From assembly GCA_963841015.1 (NCBI GenBank), contig CAWJAX010000002.1, forward strand, positions 352,001 through 416,000: DNA of 64,000 nucleotides. Direction: 5' to 3'. Made by a program: the position numbers and the translations under genes. Below are positions 11,201-20,259 of this stretch, one piece after another; position 1 is the stretch's first letter; the number at the start of each line of letters is the position of its first letter. The notes under the pieces were generated by a model. That model was given only the letters and a program-made list of their open reading frames with translations. It was not told the origin of the DNA and did no database searches. This DNA comes from an uncultured Methanoregulaceae archaeon (lineage in GTDB: Archaea > Halobacteriota > Methanomicrobia > Methanomicrobiales > Methanospirillaceae).

Positions 11201-11802
11201 AATGCTTTTGCAAGTTCTGCATGCAATACTGCACGTTTTGAAATATCACTGATCTCCTCAATGATATGGTGTGATTGATAGAGGAGTTTTTCATCATGGG
11301 TTGTAATCGCCCAATCAATCAGAAGAGGAATAATATCGATCATGATATCCGATCGATATTTCTGGAAACTGATCCGTTCGAGCAGGATTATACCATGATC
11401 AATAAATTCCGCATTGGATTCATGAACACCGGCGCTGATAAGAGCCTGTGCCATCATGGCAATTACCCGGGACTGATGACTTTTTTTATTTAGCCTTTCC
11501 GACAGCACATAAACAGATTTTAACCATTTCTCATTCTTGGTTATAATGAATTGGTGAACTATCTGCGAGAACAAGTCATCAATTTCACTACTTGGGAGAT
11601 CCGGTAGAGCAAGTAACAGTTCAGGTTTATTTTTTTTAATTGCGGTAGTCGTGATTGATTTGTTAATGTCTTTAATGAGGGTTTTTTGTGCCCTTTTTCC
11701 TTTTTCCTGATGTATTTCTGCTATACTACTCTCTATAATTTTCCAGTCTTCAGCTGATAGTGCCTGCTGGACCTTTTTGACAATTTCGGTAGTGTTGACC
11801 AT
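8244..11802 (-). CDS. Large (~1185 aa) alpha-helical repeat (TPR/HEAT-like) protein; ORFs 10690-11802 and 8244-10727 joined by a frameshift near 10800
   Basis: Repeated A..I..I.....R...L..IA helical pattern. Removing one base from the A-run near 10800 gives continuous HQSFLNTEAYPLRELVRAGISVAKHSNNMHVLSDL. Confidence 0.75.
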
Positions 11803-12084
11803 TCTTATATCACAGATATGAAACTATGGGTTGATAAACACAATTTAACTCAAATAGTTATTAAATTTTTTGTTTTTATTTACGCTTAAATTTAATTTTT
11901 TTTATCATAATTGAAGAAAATTTCCGATTTTTTTCAAAAAATCTCCAAAAAAACATATTATTTTTTAACAATCGGCAAAATTATCAATTATTTCCCGAAT
12001 TATCACCCGAAAAAGGGTATAATTTTGTAATAAAGGACCAGGATATTATTTCACGCCTGTCCAGGGAAACGGATATTCGTAAAC

Positions 12085-13452
12085 CTATTCTGTGGTAATT
12101 TTTAAAATATGGTCCATCAGTTCACCATGAAAAATCTGGCTATGGTGATCAGAGTCCGCGTCAATTATTATCCGGATTATGGGCTCAGTACCTGAAGCAC
12201 GAACAAGCGCCCACGAATCTTTCCTTAAAATTTTTACCCCATCTGTCAGGTCCAACGATTCCTGAGAATATGACTTTTTAAGGGATTCAAGCACTTGTGT
12301 TCCGCGTGATGTACTGATTTTATCCTTGATCATGGAGCGTCTGGGCAACGCGTTCACCAGTGTCGAAAGTTGTTGACCCGTCGAAGCAAGAATAAAAACC
12401 ATCATTGCAGCTGTCATACCCCCATCACGGCAGAACTGGTGATCGGGGAAAATAAGTCCCCCGTTTCCCTCGCCCCCGAATATAACCTTATCTCCCTTCT
12501 CCATCATTGACCGCATAGTACGTGCAACATAGATACTTCCAACCGGTGTATAGGTGATCGTGCAACCTTCATTTTTCACCACCATTTCCACGACAAGCGA
12601 TGTGCTAACCGGAGTAACCAGTGTTCCTTTTTTCTGGTGACATGTGTGCTGAGCTATCAGGGCAAATTCTCTGTTTTCTTCAATAAATCGTCCCTTCTCA
12701 TCGATGAATACTGCCCTATCTGCATCACCATCATGCGCAACGCCGAATGCTGCTCCACTGCTGACTACGAGTTCAGCCAGATCTTTGAGACCCTCAGGAG
12801 AAGGTTCGGGTAACCTTCCGGGAAATGTCCCGTCCATAACTCCATTGAGCGTGAGAACCCTGCATCCCATTCCGTTGAGGATCTGGGGTGTTGTGAGGCA
12901 TGCGGGACCGGATCCCGGATCAACCACAACGGATATTCCTGATCCCACATTTTCAGGGAAATGATGCACAATTGCCTGTATGTATTTCGTGATTAGATAT
13001 GGAGCATTTGTTTCCTGCCCGATGTATTCCCACGATTCAGGAGAAAATGAAGGTTCAAATATCAGTTGTTCGAGCCTGAGTGTTTCCTCATCACCCATTT
13101 CCGTGCCATCGGCCTCTATGATCTTGACCCCGTTATATTCAGGTGGATTATGCGATGCGGTTATCATTGCACCCCCATCAAACTGCTCTTTAATGAGGTA
13201 TTGGAGTGCAGGGGTGGGCAGGATGCCACAATCAACAACATTACAACCTGTTGCAAGCAGACCTGATTTAACTGCCTTTACGAGCGTTTCACCAGATGTC
13301 CGGGTGTCTCTTCCAACTGCAATACAGCCTTTGCGCATTGTTCCAAGTGCTTCCCCAATGGTTAGTGCTAAATTGGGCGTCAGATCTTTACCCACTATTC
13401 CTCTGACCCCATTTGTACCAAACAACCTTTTCTGAAATTTTGTTGATTGCAT
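12085..13452 (-). CDS. glmM: Phosphoglucosamine mutase / phosphomannomutase
   Basis: LFGTNGVRG, TASHNP, DGDADR, GGEGNGG and VRASGTEP motifs. Confidence 0.9.
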   Translation of the reverse strand: MQSTKFQKRLFGTNGVRGIVGKDLTPNLALTIGEALGTMRKGCIAVGRDTRTSGETLVKAVKSGLLATGCNVVDCGILPTPALQYLIKEQFDGGAMITASHNPPEYNGVKIIEADGTEMGDEETLRLEQLIFEPSFSPESWEYIGQETNAPYLITKYIQAIVHHFPENVGSGISVVVDPGSGPACLTTPQILNGMGCRVLTLNGVMDGTFPGRLPEPSPEGLKDLAELVVSSGAAFGVAHDGDADRAVFIDEKGRFIEENREFALIAQHTCHQKKGTLVTPVSTSLVVEMVVKNEGCTITYTPVGSIYVARTMRSMMEKGDKVIFGGEGNGGLIFPDHQFCRDGGMTAAMMVFILASTGQQLSTLVNALPRRSMIKDKISTSRGTQVLESLKKSYSQESLDLTDGVKILRKDSWALVRASGTEPIIRIIIDADSDHHSQIFHGELMDHILKITTE

Positions 13453-13477
13453 GATTCCTTGCCTCCATTATTCTTTT

Positions 13478-13894
13478 TTATTTGCGAAAAGTTTCGAAGA
13501 GATTAAGCGATGAAATGACCTCATCAACTGAAGGATTTGTCAGGATAGTGGTATCAGCAGTCAGACTACCGATAACTATTTTGGGAAACGATCGTTGTTT
13601 AAAGCCCTCAATTATGGCAAAGTCCATACTTTGATCGAAGAGCATTCTCAAAACATCGTCAAGGGAGTTCTTACGTAACGCCACTACTGCTTTGTGGGTA
13701 TCTATTCCTGCAGAAATGTCTGCACCTCCATCAAAAAAAACCGTGGTGTCTTTTCCCTTATCGATATTGTAGGTATGATCTGCCAGATGTTTGATCACTC
13801 CTACTTTTCCTTTTTTTTTGAGTTCGGGAATCAGGCTTTTAATAAATGTTGTTTTACCAGAATTTGAGTTTCCCACAACCTGGATTATTTTCAT
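13478..13894 (-). CDS. mobB: Molybdopterin-guanine dinucleotide biosynthesis protein B
   Basis: VVGNSNSGKTT P-loop, VIKH, GKDT and IIEGFK motifs. Confidence 0.88.
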   Translation of the reverse strand: MKIIQVVGNSNSGKTTFIKSLIPELKKKGKVGVIKHLADHTYNIDKGKDTTVFFDGGADISAGIDTHKAVVALRKNSLDDVLRMLFDQSMDFAIIEGFKQRSFPKIVIGSLTADTTILTNPSVDEVISSLNLFETFRK

Positions 13895-13943
13895 ATGTTT
13901 CTCTCCTTCTTTAATCGATTAGAATTACTAATAAGTTGTACCA

Positions 13944-14780
13944 TTATATTTCCGAATTTTCCTGATGTTTGGTTTTAATTTCTCCTGCGTTGATATCTGA
14001 AATCTTTTCCTGATCACGGGTACCAGGAAACTCACCCGAAACAAAACTCATTGTAATTGATCCGTCCAATGCAATTTTTTTATCTACGGTAGGAAGAATT
14101 TCTGGTGTCCCTGTTTCCTGAATTGGTGTCCCAAATGGAGGGCCCTGGGCTTCTGGTTTTTTATCGTCGCCAATTTTTTCTCGGCCTGGTGCTTCATTAA
14201 GAACAGTATTATTTTCGGGTATCGATTTTTGTGATAGAGGATGGATTATTTGATCGTATGAATCTCCCTCTTCTGCCCTTGATTTAAGAATGGTTTTTGC
14301 TGCTTCCCCAACACTTCTCATCACTTTGGTGATCCGATCCTCAATATCAATCTCTTCATCAATATCCAGTGTGGTTCCTTCCACCTCGAGAAGAAACCGT
14401 GCTACCTCGCTTGCTTCAAAAAGCAGATCATCAAGTTCATCAGTGGTAAAAAATCCACACATTGCTCCATAGAAAAATGTGGCGCTTGCTTTTCTCACCT
14501 TCTTTTTGAATGAGTTACGTGCCTGGTTGACAGCCTGGGGTGTATAGGTATCTTCCATAAACGGTACAAGTTCCGGGAGATGTTTTCCAATAAAGGTCAT
14601 CTCTGCACCCCCTGATGTTCGGAAGTCCGTACATAACCGTGCAAGCGCCCATTCCCGTGCTGTTATGTAGGTTCTCTTACGCAGAAACTGGTTTACTTTT
14701 CGATAAGTAGCCCCATCAACTTTTTTAAATTTTCTATATTTACTTATCTCCTGACGGATACGGGAATCGTCCATTTTCAA
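13944..14780 (-). CDS. Conserved archaeal protein (DUF5806-like) with disordered C-terminal tail
   Basis: RTYITAREWALARLC and PFMEDTYTPQAVNQARNSF recognised from haloarchaeal/methanomicrobial homologs; GGAGG RBS upstream. Confidence 0.7.
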   Translation of the reverse strand: MKMDDSRIRQEISKYRKFKKVDGATYRKVNQFLRKRTYITAREWALARLCTDFRTSGGAEMTFIGKHLPELVPFMEDTYTPQAVNQARNSFKKKVRKASATFFYGAMCGFFTTDELDDLLFEASEVARFLLEVEGTTLDIDEEIDIEDRITKVMRSVGEAAKTILKSRAEEGDSYDQIIHPLSQKSIPENNTVLNEAPGREKIGDDKKPEAQGPPFGTPIQETGTPEILPTVDKKIALDGSITMSFVSGEFPGTRDQEKISDINAGEIKTKHQENSEI

Positions 14781-14854
14781 CCTCCTGTCTGATTTGTGGT
14801 TTATCCAAAAACCAGGCCTGCTGGTGGGATTATCTATGATCTCTCTGTTTTGTG

Positions 14855-14880
14855 TATAGCAATATATGGTTTATTGCTAT
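14855..14880. promoter_or_regulatory. Palindrome ATAGCAATA-N7-TATTGCTAT upstream of the DUF5806 gene; partial copy of the repeat at 15781 and 18104
   Basis: Perfect 9-bp arms (14856-14864, 14872-14880) around TATGGTT; overlaps a TATA-like CCATATAT on the minus strand. Confidence 0.65.
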
Positions 14881-15298
14881 TAAAATTATGATAAACTCTT
14901 CTGGTTTTTTTGTCAACAATACGTCTGAAAAATACGTTTGAAAACAGATTTTTTTAAGGATAAAGGTCCACGATCGTTTTATTGTCCTGTATGACCGTTT
15001 TCATGAGATTTCAAGACATAAGATCAACCGGGCACGATTGCACCCTCCTATTTCCTGCTTTGATTGTAAAAGCAGCTGGTTAAATTTTTTCCTGGTCAAT
15101 AGCAATGCATCAGCCCTCCCAAAAAAATTGTCCGGTCCTTCCGAATTGCACGATTGCACCCATGCTATTTTTCGTTTTCTCTTATTGGCTTGCTGCCTTT
15201 TGTTCGAATGATTGTTCAAGGTGATCCGGATAAAGCACCCCGGGAAATCTTGCCCTTCAATTTTACACACTATGCAGTATATTTTTTTTGCTCTGTTT

Positions 15299-15500
15299 TG
15301 CTCTTTAGAACTCCTTTTTTTACTGTGATATGAAATTCGAGATGCTGGTACGATGAAGGAGGGGGGACCGTGCCTGTCCCCTCATACCACCCCTGCGCTG
15401 AGCGATCAGGACTTAGCACCTGTGTTCGGATTTTTTTGCAGCGGCGGGGGTGAAATCCCCCTTGAGCGTATAGCTTGTAATTGAACATCTCTACAGAGTT
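15299..15500 (-). mobile_element. MITE-like GC-rich repeat with degenerate IS5-like ends
   Basis: Ends TGCTCTTTAGAACTCC and AACATCTCTACAGAGTT resemble the IS ends GGCTTTGTAGAATTCC and AGCATTTCTACAAAGCC; body is homologous to 61808-61960. Confidence 0.6.
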
Positions 15501-15780
15501 TTTTTTAAATTTTACGGAATCTTTGCGAATTTTTTGTGTATGATTTTGTTGTGTTCTTCTTTATGCAAAGGCACGCGAATTCTCCTTCATTTGATACTGG
15601 GCAAGCCAGAATAATTCACGAATATTTCTATTCCCTATAACCTGATATTTCGGCTCTTTTTTAATGAGGTGGCTGTTGCATAATGTTCGATTAATTTTGT
15701 GATGATTGTAGTGCAGCTTTTCATGGGAAGGCCAATTTACTCGAAAAATGGTGAGAAGGGAAGAAATCCAGCAAAAAAAT

Positions 15781-15812
15781 TGCCTTTAGTATATAGCATC
15801 ATATGGTTTATA
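15781..15812 (+). repeat. Left arm of 32-bp inverted repeat flanking xerA
   Basis: TGCCTTTAGTATATAGCATCATATGGTTTATA; 30/32 identical to the reverse complement of 18104-18135. Confidence 0.9.
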
Positions 15813-16924
15813 ATAAAAAGAGGGCTAACAGAAAAAATAATCATAAAATTAAAATTTATGCATATTTTTTAAAAATAACTCTATTTGGGGGATTTATAAT
15901 TGTTATACCAAAAATTATGTACGTGTGTGCATATAATCCTTACACCAGGGTAAAGTCAGATTAAATGTGGAATTTAGAATACTATTCTTGTATTTTATGC
16001 AAAACATATCCTCCATCGGAAAACACACCCCTGAATGTCCACTAAGATTTTTATTTGTATGATTAAATTTTTTTTAAGAAGATTTTCGTGATTTATAGGA
16101 AAAACCTAGACAATTTGCTTATTACCAAAAGAATGTTCGATGTATTTCGCACGAATTACCTTAAAATGTCCTCAATTTTAGAGTTTAACGCGAAACTATT
16201 CTCTTTTGGAATTATAATTTGGAACCAATCGATCTTGTCGGAACTTTTACGGTACTCCGGGTTTACGAAAGAAACTGGTAAACGAATTTTTACCAGAGTT
16301 CGTTCTCCTTTCACAAATATTTGATAATGTCACGAAATATCCACTAACTTCAGGTTTTCTTCCAATTTTTAACAGATTCAACGCTAAATTATCTGGATTA
16401 ATCGGTTGATATATTCTGGAACATCCCTGGTTGGAGCAGGATTGACTTAAAGCACAACCGGATTCTGTTTTTCTGTCATAAAATTCCAGAAAAACCTCAT
16501 ATCTGGTGCATGAAAGATAATGAGAAGACTACTGATCAGGACAAATCCTGTGCCGTATTTTAATAAGGGGAAAATGGTGTCCTTTCATTTTCAAAGACCA
16601 TTATTACGCCGGGTACAAATCAGACTAGTGATATAACTAAATCTTGTATCTTCTGTCTGAATGAACCAGTCTTCAATTTTCCACAGACGACAGAACTCAA
16701 TAGTGGGCTTCTGGCAACGTTTCTGATATGGCTTGAATCGAATCTACCCTATCTGATGAAAAAACCCCCTTTTTTAATATCTCTTAATCGAAGTGTCAAC
16801 TTACTTTCAGATAGAGATACCAGTAAAATATGTACACAAGGGATGATGCTGCAGTTTGTATGAGTTTTGACAACATACCTTCAAATTGGCATTCCAAGCA
16901 GCATCGAGATACAGCGATTTCAGA

Positions 16925-16952
16925 CTTTCGCAGAACAGGTATTCTGCGCAAA
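16925..16952. promoter_or_regulatory. dif-like 11-6-11 palindrome immediately upstream of the xerA TATA box
   Basis: CTTTCGCAGAA-CAGGTA-TTCTGCGCAAA (inner 7 bp perfectly inverted), followed by TTTATTTA and ATG at 16986. Confidence 0.65.
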
Positions 16953-16985
16953 CCTTTATTTATTTGAGATAAGATAAATTAGACC

Positions 16986-17903
16986 ATGGAAAGCGGGTAT
17001 TTTTCGGAGTGGCTCAAAAGCTACCGCAACTACCTCCGGATGCGTAATTACTCCCCCCGCACGCTCAACAGCTATGAACAGGTCATTAAACATTTTGCTT
17101 ACTACGTTTGGCTGCGCCGTCACACGGATGTGACGAAACTTGTAATATACTGGAAAGATTTTGAAAATGCCCGGCTTGATACTGACGTAGAGGTTACTCC
17201 AGTAATTATTACGGATTTCCTCTCATTTGTATCGTCAATGCAGACATACAAACCCAAAACGTTTCACCGTATTATATCAACCCTGAGCTCATTCTACCGC
17301 TTCCTGTTTACGCAAGGAGCTGTCACATCCAACCCCCTGACCGGTATCGATCGTCCTCGGATAAAACAACAGGATGTAAAATATCTCAAGCACAACCAGG
17401 TGTTGCGACTGCTTGATTCAATAGAAGATCCTCGTGACAAACTTATTGTCAGGACCATTTATGCTACCGGTGTCCGGGTATCAGAGCTTTGTAATATGAA
17501 TATCGAAGATATCGATTTTGATGAACATACCATCAGAATCCGGGGAAAAGGTGACAAGATAAGAACAGTTTTTGTCGATGATGATACCCTTGCTGATATC
17601 TTAAAGTTCATTGGCAACAGGATTACCGGGCCCGTTTTTGTAGGTCAGCAGGGTAAAAATATCTCATCAAGAGCCATTCAGCATATCTTCAAACATTATG
17701 CACCCACGGGGATAACCCCACATAAGATTCGTCATAGTTATGCAAGTGAACTTTATAAACGATCAAAAAATCTCAGGGTTGTCCAGGAAAATCTTGGTCA
17801 TACCTCCATAAAAACAACAGAAATTTACCTCCATACCGATATTGACGAACGAAGACAGGTTTATCAACAGTTTTTCCCGCTTTCTGACAATGATGAGAAC
17901 TAA
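16986..17903 (+). CDS. xerA: XerA-type site-specific tyrosine recombinase
   Basis: SAM-like N-domain (RNYSPRTLNSYEQ); intact catalytic set YATGVRVSEL (R), GKGDK (K), TPHKIRH (HxxR), LGH and TTEIY (Y). Confidence 0.9.
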   Translation: MESGYFSEWLKSYRNYLRMRNYSPRTLNSYEQVIKHFAYYVWLRRHTDVTKLVIYWKDFENARLDTDVEVTPVIITDFLSFVSSMQTYKPKTFHRIISTLSSFYRFLFTQGAVTSNPLTGIDRPRIKQQDVKYLKHNQVLRLLDSIEDPRDKLIVRTIYATGVRVSELCNMNIEDIDFDEHTIRIRGKGDKIRTVFVDDDTLADILKFIGNRITGPVFVGQQGKNISSRAIQHIFKHYAPTGITPHKIRHSYASELYKRSKNLRVVQENLGHTSIKTTEIYLHTDIDERRQVYQQFFPLSDNDEN

Positions 17904-18103
17904 TACGGCCAGTGCTTCTTTATTTAAAAAAAATTGGTAATGCCAGTATCTTTCCAGTTTTCATAGTGATTCAATATTGGTAAAAAACTTCGAATCGCTC
18001 AATCACAAATAACAGTAATTCAGTCTTATTTTTGTGTTTAAACCACATTTCTATCGATAATCTCTCCCAAAAAAACTGTGAAAACCTCTGAATTTTTTTA
18101 AGG

Positions 18104-18135
18104 TATAAACCATATGTTGCTATATACTAACGGCA
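18104..18135 (-). repeat. Right arm of 32-bp inverted repeat flanking xerA
   Basis: TATAAACCATATGTTGCTATATACTAACGGCA. Confidence 0.9.
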
Positions 18136-18460
18136 TCATTTTCTCCCTCGATTATATGAGCTTTTAGAATTTTCTGTGCTTTCTCTGGTGCACCAGCTTC
18201 CAGAATGAAAAATCAGAAAGGATAGATACGGAAATTATCCGGGATGGTTCATATCGATGAATTCTGTTGCAGTATAGTAGAGAAAATTTTCTTCACGAGT
18301 ATCTGATGATGCATTCACCCGCAGTAATTCATGGAATTTTTGGTGTGGATCTCGCTGGTAGACTATGAATAATGAGACTTTGCCTGGGTTCCCGGCGAAG
18401 AATGCAAAGGACCCAATCGCCATTATTAATAGCAGATAAATCTCCTGACATTTGATGAGA

Positions 18461-19452
18461 AAAATCCAGATAACTCTAATTATATTCAATGTCTGGTGAA
18501 GAACCTGTGGTATCGAAATGTTTGGGATGGGGAATTTACCGATGAGGATATGAGAAAAATCCAGATAAATCCAATTATAACTAATGTCCGAAGAAGAAGG
18601 TAAAGTATCTTATCTTTCCGTTTAAGAAGCCAGCCGGTGAAAGAACCAGTAAAATCCAGATAACTCTAATTATATCCAATGTCTGGTGAAGAACCTGTGG
18701 TATCGAAATGTTTGGGGTGGGGAATTTACCGATGAGGATATGAGAAAAATCCAGATAAATCCAATTATAACTAATGTCCGAAGAAGAAGGTAAAGTATCT
18801 TATCTTTCCGTTTAAGAAGCCAGCCGGTGAAAGAACCAGTAAAATCCAGATAACTCTAATTATATCCAATGTCTGGTGAAGAACCTGTGGTATCGAAATG
18901 TTTGGGGTGGGGAATTTACCGATGAGGATATGAGAAAAATCCAGATAAATCCAATTATAACTAATGTCCGAAGAAGAAGGTAAAGTATCTTATCTTTCCG
19001 TTTAAGAAGCCAGCCGGTGAAAGAACCAGTAAAATCCAGATAACTCTAATTATATCCAATGTCTGGTGAAGAACCTGTGGTATCGAAATGTTTGGGGTGG
19101 GGAATTTACCGATGAGGATATGAGAAAAATCCAGATAAATCCAATTATAACTAATGTCCGAAGAAGAAGGTAAAGTATCTTATCTTTCCGGTTAAGAAAC
19201 CAGCCGGTGAAAGAACCAGTAAAATCCAGATAACTCTAATTATATCCAATGTCTGGTGAAGAACCTGTGGTATCGAAATGTTTGGGGTGGGGAATTTACC
19301 GATGAGGATATGAGAAAAATCCAGATAAATCCAATTATAACTAATGTCCGAAGAAGAAGGTAAAGTATCTTATCTTTCCGGTTAAGAAGCCAGCCGGTGA
19401 AAGAACCAGTAAAATCCAGAAAACTCTAATTATATTCGATGTCTGGTGAAGA
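18461..19452. repeat. Non-coding tandem array: 5 x 190-bp units plus a partial unit, containing 11 dif-like cores at 95-bp spacing
   Basis: Type A cores AATCCAGATAA-CTCTAA-TTATATCCAAT start at 18463, 18653, 18843, 19033, 19223, 19413 (first and last slightly diverged). Type B cores AATCCAGATAA-ATCCAA-TTATAACTAAT start at 18558, 18748, 18938, 19128, 19318. Confidence 0.97.
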
Positions 19453-19595
19453 GCTCCGGAGAAGCAACTTGTGTAATCTGATTCATTGAGTAGCCTACGA
19501 AATCAGGGTATATTTTTGTATTTACCTATCAGGTTACATAATTGTATAACCACAATTCTTTATTTCATATTTGCTGACATAATGTGGGAACAGAT

Positions 19596-20051
19596 ATGCC
19601 AAAAGTCCAGAAACGGAAATACGAAAAAATCGATGATCTGGAAATTGACCTGGTTATCCAATGTAATGACAGTCACGAATTCTATGAACGATACCGACAG
19701 GTTTTCCCTAATAAAAAGAAAGGAATTGACAGCATCAGTAAAATCTGGAAACGACGCAGCGAATTTATTAAAAAACAACATGGTGATTTGCAACCTGCCG
19801 AATCTCATTCAGGATCCTCACGTGAACTCGAGATCCTTATCACTGATCAGAACAAAATTCTGGCTGAATTATCCGGTGTTATGAAAGAACACCTCAGGGT
19901 AAGTAAGGAAATCCTGGCGCGTTTCCCAAAACAGATACAGAAATCCGATGAGCCCGTTCAGAAAACTGCAGAAGTCAAAATCCCTGATCACAAAGAACCT
20001 GAAAAGAAAATCAGTGGGGAAAGACGTAAGGATATTATGATAGGGTCCTGA
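19596..20051 (+). CDS. Hypothetical protein: basic helical N-domain (possible HTH) plus coiled coil
   Basis: HEFYERYRQVFPNKKKGIDSISKIWKRR, then heptad-like LEILITDQNKILAELSGVMKEHLRVSKEIL. Confidence 0.7.
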   Translation: MPKVQKRKYEKIDDLEIDLVIQCNDSHEFYERYRQVFPNKKKGIDSISKIWKRRSEFIKKQHGDLQPAESHSGSSRELEILITDQNKILAELSGVMKEHLRVSKEILARFPKQIQKSDEPVQKTAEVKIPDHKEPEKKISGERRKDIMIGS

Positions 20052-20259
20052 ACCCTGAATATATAAATCAAAAAGTAAAAAACCAATTCAATGAACTCTG
20101 ATGATGAATGTAATATTATGATTCGGCATTCGTTACCTTCCTATGAGGGAAAATATTTTTTTTTGACAAAGGTATCCTTATAGTCCTAAAATGCAAATAT
20201 GCCTAAGCATCTTTCTGAATAAAAGGAAGGTAGCCGAATTCGCAATCGTTTAATTAAAT

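Noticed and set aside
15001-18489. Short ORFs 15001-15270, 15270-15488, 16088-16324 and 18235-18489
   Set aside because: No recognisable motifs or RBS; one overlaps the MITE-like repeat; consistent with chance ORFs.
18461-19452. CRISPR array, given cas1 in the window
   Set aside because: Only two alternating intervening sequences, a 95-bp period, no unique spacers, and cas1 is degenerate and more than 10 kb away.
18461-19452. Replication origin with ORB elements (TCCAG and G-runs)
   Set aside because: Poor match to the ORB consensus (TTCCAGTGGAAA plus G-string) and no cdc6/orc1 nearby.
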